From: Kudoa neothunni
Lineage: Eukaryota; Animalia; Cnidaria
NCBI GenBank assembly: GCA_964304625.1
Contig: OZ199839.1
Span: forward strand, 2,420,093-2,484,092
Direction: 5' to 3'
Length of the DNA: 64,000 bases
Both the position numbers and the translations under genes were made by a program. The notes below the pieces were generated by a model. That model did no database searches, had not been told where the DNA came from, and saw only the letters and a list, made by a program, of their open reading frames with translations. Position 1 is the first letter of the stretch. Each line of letters opens with the position of its first letter. Below, one piece after another: positions 52,960 through 64,000 of this stretch.

Positions 52960-54446
52960 TTAAGTGGTAGACGGGCACAATTCACTAGGACCGTTCATGC
53001 TTTTAAGTTTGAAATCGAGGTAATCCAGCGCTTCAATTATTCGAAAATGAAGCCAACATGGTGTTTCGTTAACTCGTTGACGCTTGTAATTTTCTCCCCA
53101 ACCCCTTCACAAAACTAACTTCGATACTGCCGAACGAAGCCAAATCTAGAACATCCTTATAGTTTTGTTTGTTACATTTAGTAATCGACGATTTCTTTGA
53201 ATTTATCCACGTCAAAAATCTTCGAAAAAAATGAATTTTAATTAAACTCGCAAAAATACTTTTATGGATGTTTGATCGTTAAGTCGAGTGACATACATGA
53301 AATGTTTTCCCTCTATGTAGTTGATAAAGGGTATGTGCACAAATAAAGGAATAGGTGCACATAATGTGATGAAAACCATTGAACTTCGACGTTCCACAAC
53401 AATGCCATTTTTTATTAGATTTTTGCATGAAATCACCTAATAACAAAAATGTATCTAGTTAATACACTTACATGTATCCAAAAAACTTGTTCATTTTGAT
53501 GAGGACTGTACACAGAAGCCAAATTGAGAGTGTCAGCATCCTCAGTTTGAAGCCCATTCATACACAAGATCCTGATAGAATTTTGATAGTATTTCCGATT
53601 GTATATCAAGTCATTTTTTCCCTCGCAATAACTGGCACATATCCATGGTCGATGTGTGTCAGATGTGGTAGATGCTTTGAGCATATATTCTGTAGAGTCT
53701 TAATGTTATAGCGTAATTAAAATATATGGATTGAAAATATTACTGGGACTTCCATTTGTGGGTACAAGAGTGTAGCTGGGCACTCGATAACTGAAAAATG
53801 TCTCTAACGATAAGTACTGTAATGAATTCATCTTTGACCTCCTGTTAAATGTTACCATTTAATTCTACCTCAATAATACCGGAAATTATTTTTACTTTAA
53901 TTTTAAGAACGAGCCATCACACTCTAAAAAGAACTATTAATTCGCAACTCATAACATGTTTATTCACACTCTATACCTCTTTTTGAGTTGTAGTAGTAAT
54001 GAAACGGATTTATGCAATAGTAATGATGAAACATTTGATAACTGCATCCACAAATTGGCTCCTGGAGTCCAACATGCAAGCACATTTTTACTTTGGGGTT
54101 ATTGAACATGTTATAACTGTACATGTGCATACCCCAGCAGCTATTCATCATTATAGATTCGGTACGATCCAGTTTTCGTTCTACCACCATACATGCTTGA
54201 ATATCTATTAGAGTAAAATCAGATTATTAAACATGGGGGGGGGTAATTGTTGATCGAGTCTACTTCTTGAGCTAATGCCCTCAATAAATTGACCCACGTC
54301 TAAGCATGATGCGATAATTTCCAAATAATTGGAAATTATGCTGTTTTTGGTGATAATTGGAATTGTCTCGTTACTGGAATTACCATATTGATGATGATAC
54401 AAATGAGTTTCTTTAAGTTGTGATTATTGTAACCATGATTATCCAT
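52960..54446 (-). CDS. SMAD: Highly divergent SMAD (MH1 + MH2), R-SMAD-like; about 6 exons
   Basis: MH1: ACMVVERKLD...H...CGCSY...YCINPFHY. MH2: PWICASYCE...CKNLIKNG...LFVHIP...SIK|IFD...[25 protein letters not shown]...ALDYLDFKLKSMNGPSELCPSTT*. Apparent 1-nt indels near 54402 and 53183. Confidence 0.9.
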
Positions 54447-56390
54447 TGCAATAAAATAAGCAAAATTGTCGGATATAAACACGCTAATTTAAACCTGCTT
54501 CTAATACAATTCTGTAAGCGATAACTTTTGAATCTTTTTGATGATTAGATCTTAAATTAATCTAAGTGTGTTAATAAACAAATACTTAGGGGACCATATG
54601 AATGGGTATCTAACGGATAGAAATCACTATTTTTTGGCTTGGTTAATATTCCTTTTGATTCTTGTTAATTTTTAATTTCAAATCTCACTTGGAAATAAAT
54701 TTTTGACAAATTTTTGAGTCATATTTTTGATTATAATAAATAGTTGGTAGCAATTTAAGTCGATTAGACCAGATTGGAGCACTAATTTAAAACAAAGATT
54801 ACTGCTACCCAACAAATTTATAGTGACAAACCTCACTTAAAAATTAATATTTTATGAATATTTTCTTAAGGTTACATTCTCCAGTCAATTCAAATATTAA
54901 TGAGGTGACATTATTAATTTTTAAAACCATTTTTTGCTTTCATCATTTAAGGAATTTCGACATGACATCAAAATTGAATTAGGTTTCTTTTCAGGGCACT
55001 GGCTATTGACAAGGAAGTTTTTACTCCAAACGGGCAACTACGCTTGCGCAGTGCCAGTTCTTAATCCCGGCTACCTCTATTTATAGTCGATCTATAAAAT
55101 TTCTTTTTTAGAATCTGCTGTATTTTAATTATTTTTCACCCAACGCTGACTAACATATTGCGGTAATTTCAATTAAACACATTTAAAAAGCAGTTACATT
55201 ACTTACGTCTTAAAATTTAGACAATCACTAATACTGTTACTCAAATATATGCACCGAAACGATTACTTCTAGTCGTTTATTGTTACAAATAAAATCAGTG
55301 AGGGATTCCAATAACTTACCTATTGCTGTTTTTAATTGGATATGTTGATTAACTGTTTACCATTCATAAACTCAGATTTAAAATTAATCATCGTCTACAG
55401 TCAGGGTAATAAATGAATGATGTCTATTTTTGTTAGAGCATAATAATTCCCCAATTATGCATTAACACTGAGTCGGTAATCTCAAAAAAAACTTAACTAA
55501 TCATTTGTTGATGCGTCATCATTCAAGGATCTGATTGATTATCCAGGGATTTTCAATCAGAACCGACTCTTTTGCAACGAAAGTAGACACCTACACAATC
55601 CGTGTTGACATCTCAGCATTTAAATGTCTAATATAATTATGACTTATGTACATTTAATTTGTGGACTTTATTATTTTATTTCGAAAACCGCTTTACCAAT
55701 CTGCCAGATATTGTACATTGGAATTAATCCCAACATGAACTGTTGTTTTATTAATACGATTCAAATATGCTTGTCATTTTGGCGTACATATCGTTCTCAT
55801 AAAATACCAAGACTCTGTTCAAATTATTTTACAGATATTTATAACCCAAAATTAGCAGGTATTGGGAGAGAACCCACAATTACAGTAGGTGACGGCTCGT
55901 GGGCACCTGTCATGATTTAATGACTTACACAAGACTGTTACTAATTGAAGTAAATCGAATAAAAGCATAGCAATTGTAATAAATTATTAAAACCTTAGTT
56001 TTTGTTTTAATTCGCTGTAAATAAGAATTAGCTCAAATTTACAACTCATGGGCACTTGAAGAGAACCAAGAATTTTCATTCTTTGAAAGATAAAGTGGAT
56101 ATAATGCCATGTTATGAAAGAATATCAAAAGGGGAAAACAGAAAAACTAAATTTCTCAATTGTTATATTTAGAGTTGCATCGATATCACATTTTTAAAAA
56201 CGAATACGAGTACTCCAAATTTCAGTACTCGTCGATACCGATACCCATTCCAACACCATGTTCTACACATACCCAAATTTTAAATTTCAATTTTTTTAGA
56301 CTCTTGTTATATTCTTATGAGATTACGCCAAAATTTTTAGTCATTCAAAAAAAGAGTTTAATTTCTCTAAAATTGACTGATGTTACTTAA

Positions 56391-58767
56391 CCCATTCCGG
56401 GTCCAATATTTAAATTTCCTTAAAATTCAAAATATATGTTTACATAAATCTTTTAATAGCGAAATTAAATTATTATTAATTAAAAATTAAATTTTAATAG
56501 GAAAATAACAAAATTACCTAAGGGCCGGAAAAGAAAACAAAACCCACCAACGTGATCTTCTAATTGAACGTTTTGTTGCAGAATGCGCGAAAAATTAACT
56601 ATTTTATATCGAGAACAGAGTAAACTACTACGGATTATGAAATCTATCGGGTCCTTAACGAATATAATTTTGACAATTTTGACAAAAGTAGATAGTCTTC
56701 TTTGTATACACAACACATTCTTCGTCTCTTTTTCTCAGCATTAGTACTCTTCATAGGCCGGCTACACAAAGACGTAGCACGAATATTTTCGATGGATTGT
56801 TGACGGGTTTGTTTTTTCAGAATTATTTATACTTGCCAAATTGGCTACGATATATCTAATGTGATTTAATATTTAAAAAAGCTGATTTTTTGTTTGCTTC
56901 TGTAATTAAATATTCTCCATGAATTAACTGCTGCGAGCGAGATCATGTTAGTAAAAAAGAGACCAATAACATTTTTTTCGAGCGAATTCTTGTTCTGTAG
57001 CAAGATACACAATTGTCTACGGTATCAACACCACCCGTATAGTTGTTGTACATATGACAAATTTGAGGCTGTTCGATCGATACATAGCGCTTTTTGGTTC
57101 TGCAGTAACGTTTCACATGTTGAATTGGTTCAACAATAAGCAAATTACTAACAAAAGTAACAGGGTTCGTATCATTCCGTTGAATACAGTTGATTTCAGT
57201 TATAGAATCTTTGAAATATTCATGGTAGCCTTGGTGGTTTTTATTCATTAATTTCGGAGTCGTCAAGGGACAGTTCGACGTTCGGTTCATCCTCACTGTT
57301 CCAGTAGCAATAACACCCCTTCTTTTCAATTCAACCAATAATTTGTAAGAGGTGGAGAAATTATCGAAATACACATGGAGCATACTTCTATCCTTTTGCT
57401 CGTCGACAAAATTTAACACGATGCTTCCACCTAGGCCAAAATTCTTGTTGTAGATTTTTGTCTTACTTGTATATACACTAAAACTGTACACATATCCTTC
57501 AGAAGACTCCAAAACCCACTGCTTGAAACCGAAACGGACGGGGTTACCTTTCATATACATTTTGCGGGAGTGGTGGTCCGTATATGGAACCATCTGTTCA
57601 TCAGCAGACAAGTTGTCGTGGAAATATCCAAATTTGTTGAAATTTTATAAAATTTCTGATTTATTGGACTTTTCTTGAAAAATTTATCGTCTTTATCGAG
57701 TCTTGAATTATTATTGAAGTGGAGGTGTCGTTTTATCAACTTGAATCTTTGATAGATCATAGACTTTTTACAATTTCAACCCCAGAATCCATTGTAGTTT
57801 CCCAATACGTATGTTTCTGAGATAATCGATTGTAACCGATAATAATAAAATACCAATAAAAGATTAAGTTCTTTTACAGTTAAATGAAACGTGTGATCAT
57901 TCTTTTGTCGTGCATAAATATTTTATTTCTTTAACAATATGTAAGAGCAAATTTTCATCCAAAAATTATAGGAATGTTTCGTAGGATTCACATCTAGTGG
58001 CTGAATCATCGCGTATAATAATAATATATTTATTTTGAGAAACTGTTTGGCATTCAGTGGCAATTTCAGATGAATCATTAGATTGAGATATTTCACACCA
58101 TGTAGCACAAACATTATCATTAAATGATTAATTTTCAACATATGAGAAAGTTTCTATTATACCTCATATTTCTGGGACGGTTCAAATGCCAGTGTCGTCA
58201 CAATCTCTTGAAACGAAGGGACCTTCTTCATCAATCAATACATCAAAATTATCTGGAGGTAACGTCACAAAATCAATTGGGTTCAGAATATCATCGTCAT
58301 TTTCATTATCATAGACGGTATCAATTAAATTTTTGTACCTTATTATAACGTTGTAAGCACAAGGTCAAGTAAGAGATTAATTGGAATTTAGCACGTCAAT
58401 GGGTTTTCGTTCTCTTTTAGGCACCGCGCTGTATTTTTTATATTTGTTACCCGCAATGACGATTCGATCTAATTTAAAATTATATCATTTATCTAATCTT
58501 TCGGAATTATAACTTAGCTTAGAAACTCTAAATTAGCCATTTTTACGAAGTTACTGTCCTATTTTCTACCCCAGGTATACCATAATTACTATATAATACG
58601 TAATCTCAAAAGATATAAATTCATCATTAGATTTTAATCTTTAATTACATTCCTAATGGATAAATACGTGATATATATTTTGAAATAATATTCATCGACG
58701 AATTATTACAATTTCTTAGAGAGGCAACAATGAGGAGCCGAAAAGGGGAACGAAATCCCGGAATGGG
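56391..58767 (-). mobile_element. Full-length piggyBac element (2377 bp) with inactivated transposase
   Basis: TTAA|CCCATTCCGGG ... CCCGGAATGGG|TTAA. SADEQMVPY, YFDNFSTS and YNNYTGGVDTVD give the D-D-D triad, and a Cys-rich C-terminus (KTIYFCQNC) is present. The ORF is frameshifted. Confidence 0.95.
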
Positions 58768-59846
58768 TTAATTGTCAACTAACACTGTCTTGATATTAAG
58801 TTTATTCTATTTTCATTTTCATGAAATGATCATTTTTTTATAGATATATCAAAAACCTTTTCTATTCGTTCGTAAATTCAACCGTCAGAATTAAAATTTT
58901 ACTCTCGTTTTCGATAAAAACAATTTAATCTACGTGTTTTGGCCGAAAAAAGTGCATATTATCGGTTAGTCAAGTGATATAACCGATTGGAAATTTCCTT
59001 GTTAAATTAAAAAAATATTATAAAACGTTTTCACCCAATACAAACATTGAATATGTCGTCATCGTATCGATGAAAGTGTGTAATATCGGCTGCATATTGT
59101 ATTAGGTGACACCATGGAAAATTTTTAGAAGGACTCACCCGTAACTTCCGCAGAGTTTTCGTCACGACCCCCATAGTTTGATCTATTTCCATTCGTCATC
59201 GCTCTACTTTACAATTAACGCTAATTCTAGGTCCTAATAGCCGCCAGTGCGTTTACTAAATATGTCCAAAATTGAAGTAAATATTATATGAAAATATATA
59301 TACGTTATAAATATTTAGATACGTTTATTATAACAAAAGTTTTAATTTCCAACGATAATTTAGCTGTTTTATAGTTTAGTTGAAATTTTTAAATTATATA
59401 GGTATCTGTTTTAAGTCTTGACCAGTTTTAGTAACTATCAAATACTTTTTAAAACTACATCGATGCTATATTACTTACATCTATGTTGGGGTTTTATTAC
59501 TCCGGCCTAATTGACAATTACGTGCCCTGGAACAAACACTAAATAATTCAATATTAGTGTTATATTTTTTCGTAATATACTGGATATGCTAGTGAATTTC
59601 TCTTTTTTCAGGTACTGGGTACTTATAGATGGTTAACTTTCGACCCGATTAAACAAGTCCGTGAAACATTCTTCTTGTAAAAATTCCACTCTCTCATTGA
59701 AAATTATATTTACGCTGACGAATCCATTATATATAAGATTAATTATTTTCAGAAATTTGAATGAAGATTTATACAAAGTAGCAATAAAGGAATAGAATAA
59801 GACCTACATGAATCAACATGACTGAAATCGCCTCCTTATAATGTGT

Positions 59847-60315
59847 CTTATTGCCGGGGACAGATAACACATCAGTGTGACACTCGGACTCAGAACCCTG
59901 AGGTAATGGGTTAGAATCCGCTGGTAGTCAGTCTACTGCTTCCGTGTAGGTGGGTCTCTATCCCATATTTTAGAGTTGTGGTTAAAGTGTACTAAGCTAG
60001 CTTGTGGAGTGGTGTGGTGTGCACTAGCAGCCAAATTCGCGTGAATGGGAGTTTGAATCTCCGGAATCCAAAGAAAGGAAAGTAATTGCAGCCCTCACAG
60101 AGCCATCGTCCTTAAAAGGATAGTGTTTGGAGTGGTGGTCGCCCCGAGACGAGGATGTTTAGTGGTTTAAAGTCCCACACTACTGCATAAAGATAAGGGA
60201 GGAGGTTTCATGCTACGTCCTACGGTGCCTAAAGCGTTAATGGAAGAGGTCTGACCAAACAGAATTCCACAACCTAATAAGTTGCGCCAGGAGTTTTACC
60301 TTGAAAACAAAAAAA
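59847..60315 (+). mobile_element. tRNA-derived SINE, about 470 bp
   Basis: 9-bp TSD ATAATGTGT (59838-59846 and 60316-60324). tRNA-like head with anticodon-arm-like CTCGGACTCAGAACCCTGAG and B-box-like GGTTAGAATCC. A-rich 3' tail and raised GC content. Confidence 0.8.
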
Positions 60316-62923
60316 ATAATGTGTAATGCATCAAAGATTTTCTGAAGAAATAATAATTCATATCAACTAACGAAAAAACGAATTAAACTAATTTAACGTG
60401 AACGTGAACGTAAAGTAATTATGTTAGTATGATATGGTTAAACGAGATCGGATAGCTGTGGGGTGCCCTACTCATCCAAAAGAGGAAACGGAGGGTCTAT
60501 AGAGCGAACGTACGACCAAAACATTGCTAGGTGTAAATTCGCGTCTCTATGATTAAATTATTAAATTTTCTTAAAACAAAATAAAGCTCACTCTTTTCTC
60601 GAAAGAGAATCTGTATGGTTGTTAAATTTGAAATATTGCAAGAAATTAGTGGAACATATACCGGCGGTATTGCAGTAGACTGAGTAATCATTCTCCATAT
60701 GTCTTGACCTATACTCATTGGCGATTTTTCTAGCTTGTAACTTACACTAAATAAAAATATGGTTGGTAATATTCTATTAATCAGTTACATTTATTCTTTT
60801 TATAAGATCCTGGTTCTTTTCCTCGCAATAAAACAGCATCACATTTCTTGCAACATTTTCTGTCGGAAATAAGATGTGGTTAATTTTTCCAAAGTACTTA
60901 ATATATATCTATAAATATGGAGAACAAATTTTTTTTACTGCACATAAAACACAATTCATCTCGTATTCGTTCAGGTTGACTAAAAAATTAACCATGGTAA
61001 AATGGATACAGTTGTTAAATATAAATATTCAATTTTTAATAAGTAAGAGGAATGTCTCTCATTAATTGAATATGTTTAAAAATTCATAATAACTTGAGTC
61101 ATAGAAACATTTTCTCTGACCTTCACAATACTCTCTGTGAATTGTAGACATGTTAACCAACGTCTCAATCGTAACATTTATTAATGATATACGACGACTC
61201 TAAAGAATTTTAATGAAAATATTTCAACTATTGTACTACATCTAGTCTATATTTCATTTGACTACGCGATACCATGGCTTGAGTACGATCTATGAGTATG
61301 TTTTTTGTTTCATCGCCGAGGCGACGGTAATTAGGAGGAGGAAACTAAAAATTCTCAACTTTAATAAAAAATATTATGAACTTACAACAAAATGTGAAAC
61401 AGATTCATTTGATTGAAAGTTAACGCCAATCACCCCTAAACCTTTTAAATGCTGTTAACACAAGGAAATATACAGAAAAAGATAAAAATTGCAATCATCT
61501 CCAACTATTTGTTATTTCTACCGGGGGAGTTGCGACCCTATTGTATTTAAAGTGATTTATCTTATGTATTTGTATTGAATAATAATTTTTTTTATCTAAA
61601 TCATATTTTAAATTACAGTGTAACTTAATTCTGAGGTTATTTTGAAGCATGGATCCGTGACTTTGGTTCCCAGTTACGTTTCATACGTGAAAAAATAAAT
61701 TGATGTTAGTTCAGCAGGTTATTTAACTTAGGAATATTTTTTCATATTATACATTTAAACGTGTCAAAACTCGCAGAAAACTCAAATATTAGTATATTCT
61801 CATTGTTAAATCAATTAACTTCATTCTTTATCAATTCTGAATAAAACGTTATTTTAGTTATCAAAAACACAAATTTCGTCACAGTTTTTGTAGAATAAAA
61901 GTATGATTAATTTAATCTCTATGGTTTAACTGCAGAAAAATCGCCAAATTTATCGATTAAAGATTATAGGAAGCCTCATTATCGACCCATAAATGGTAAC
62001 CTTAGGTTTCCACATGCCTAATGCTATACTTTATCTGTTAATCCTACCTTGTTAAATTAGACTGGTTTGACGCTCCAATTTAACAATTTATGGTAGGAAT
62101 GATAGCTCTTCATCGATCAAGTTATTTTAGATAATAATGGGTTAAAAATTTTACACGATAAATCAGTTAATGTTTGTATATAATATGAAATTTTTATATT
62201 TTAGATAGGGAATTATAAAAACCAAGCGTTTAAGATAGGTTGCTACAAACCTACAAGATCGTAGTTTGCTCCATTCAATTTTAATGTATTAAATGATGTT
62301 ATACCCTATCGATTCATTGGTATGATCAGTTGAAATAATTACGAGGTGCTGGGTCAAATATAATAGATGACAACAACTATTATACATATAACATTGAATG
62401 AAGATTGTAAACTATTGATGATGCAACACTGATAAATACAACAAAATTAAATAATCCGTATGGTAAGTTTTTATCGTTGTTCCTGATCTAGGTTACGGTA
62501 ATTATTCAGCAATTTAACCTATTTATTATTTTTTAGTCTCATAAAAATTATTCTTCACGCACGTAACTCATTTAATATTGATTTACCACTCAGCTGAAGA
62601 CTAAAGTATATTCTTTTTAATACATTTTTGACAACTATCGTAAATATTAATAAAATTATAATTTACTTTTATTTAGAAATTTATTATTACATTAATATCA
62701 AGTCAATTAGTAAGTAAATATTAAGTATCGTTACCTACAAAATTTTTCTAAAAGAAAGCATTAACGTATTTATTATTTATAAAATTATTTTAAAAAGCCA
62801 AATTTTTTAATCTCATATAATAAAAATTTATTCCCATATTCCTATCAAAGCGTGAATAAAAGTTCAAATATTCATTCAACGAATATAAAGGATACTACAT
62901 CTATTAATTATATATTTAATTAA

Positions 62924-63435
62924 CCTTTCGACAGTTTCCGGGACCAAATTGACCCCTGAGCCTATTGTATTACAAGTTTTCCATATAAAAAGTATTTCAC
63001 AATAGTCATATCTAATTTATTCTCTTTAAAAATATAATATTTTATAATTAATTAATTAATAATAATTGGAAACAATAGAATAAGCAACGATATAAAGACC
63101 TACAATAAATTTGATGCTTTTGGGGTCAATTTGAACCCAGGGTTTTTATTGCTTGAAGTGATAATGAAATATTTAATTAGATGAATTTTATGGACAGAAT
63201 ACAGTGAAAATAAGGAAAACATGTATACGAGATCATACTTGATGGCAGAGATGCATCTGTTTTATCACGCCGTTACCACGAGTGACCCCAAATATGCCGA
63301 CAAGAGTCTAAGGAAGACTACGATGAGTTTTTTTACATTGACTCTAATAGCGATGCTAACAAGATATTTTATGTCAGTCATTCTAGCTATGGAAACTCAA
63401 GTTCTGATGGATTTGATGATAATGATGAGTATTTG
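62924..63435 (+). mobile_element. 5' end fragment of a piggyBac-like element
   Basis: TTAA|CCTTTCG start, palindromic subterminal repeats GGGACCAAATTGACCCC and GGGGTCAATTTGAACCC, then an acidic N-terminus-like coding remnant. Confidence 0.5.
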
Positions 63436-63457
63436 AATGTGTTTTGCGAGTTTCCTT

Positions 63458-63499
63458 GGGTTAAGCTATGGCCCGCGGGTTCGAACCCCGCCTACGACA
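63458..63499 (+). pseudogene. 3' half of a long-variable-arm (Leu/Ser-type) tRNA
   Basis: GGGTTAAGCTATGGCCC (variable-arm-like hairpin), perfect T-arm GCGGG-TTCGAAC-CCCGC, then CTACGACA. No 5' half lies upstream. Confidence 0.5.
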
Positions 63500-64000
63500 A
63501 CTAATTAAATCGATATACAATAATTCTCTTTGTAAGCTTATCCTTTAACATCAACAAACTATATTTTTAATTTGTAAATAAATTGATCTTTATTATTTTA
63601 TGGATCAATTTAACCCTTTTAACTAAAACTAGCGGAAAAATCTATCCTCCAGGGGGCTCGGGTGAAAAACACCACTGACTTTTTTTGTTTAAAGTTATTC
63701 AAAAAATAATTTTGAATTTATTCGAGAATGTTTAATAGATTCTATCGATAAAATTTGGAGCATATTTACATCTATTACAAAATTTAATCTGACTAGACCC
63801 AATCATTGTGGACTATATTCAACGAATGATAAGGCCTTGCGTTAAGTAGTGTAAAAAACTAGTTATTATCTAATTCACCTGCCAGAACGGTCCAACTAGT
63901 CCAAGCTTCTTGCTCAAATAATCCCATTTTTCTACATAACCCAAATTGGCGCACAATCAAAATATAATATCCTAGGAAGTATTCTACAACATTACAATTC

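Noticed and set aside
54950-55930. Coding-like stretch including ORF 55624-55920
   Set aside because: No recognisable homology or consistent exon chain in any frame I examined.

Overview
AT-rich eukaryotic (animal) genomic window, not prokaryotic. It has short GT-AG introns, fast-evolving orthologues of metazoan genes and many decayed DNA transposons. This suggests a reduced, fast-evolving invertebrate such as a myxozoan-like parasite, but that assignment is inference only. Host genes are Pygopus, TIM22, SCYL2, BAP31, ribophorin I, KANSL1, HAUS4, a probable TANGO1/cTAGE5-like protein and a very divergent SMAD. The best non-coding find is an RNase MRP-type RNA gene at 3728-4270. It has an intact P1/P2/P3/P4/P19 core but is about 540 nt long because of large structured insertions. 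Mobile DNA includes one end-to-end piggyBac plus remnants, a Tigger/pogo element nested in a MITE, MULE, Merlin, Tc1, a Helitron-like element, a non-LTR RT relic and a tRNA-derived SINE with target-site duplication. Many genes carry single-base frameshifts at homopolymers, most likely assembly errors. All homology calls come from manual motif recognition, not database searches.
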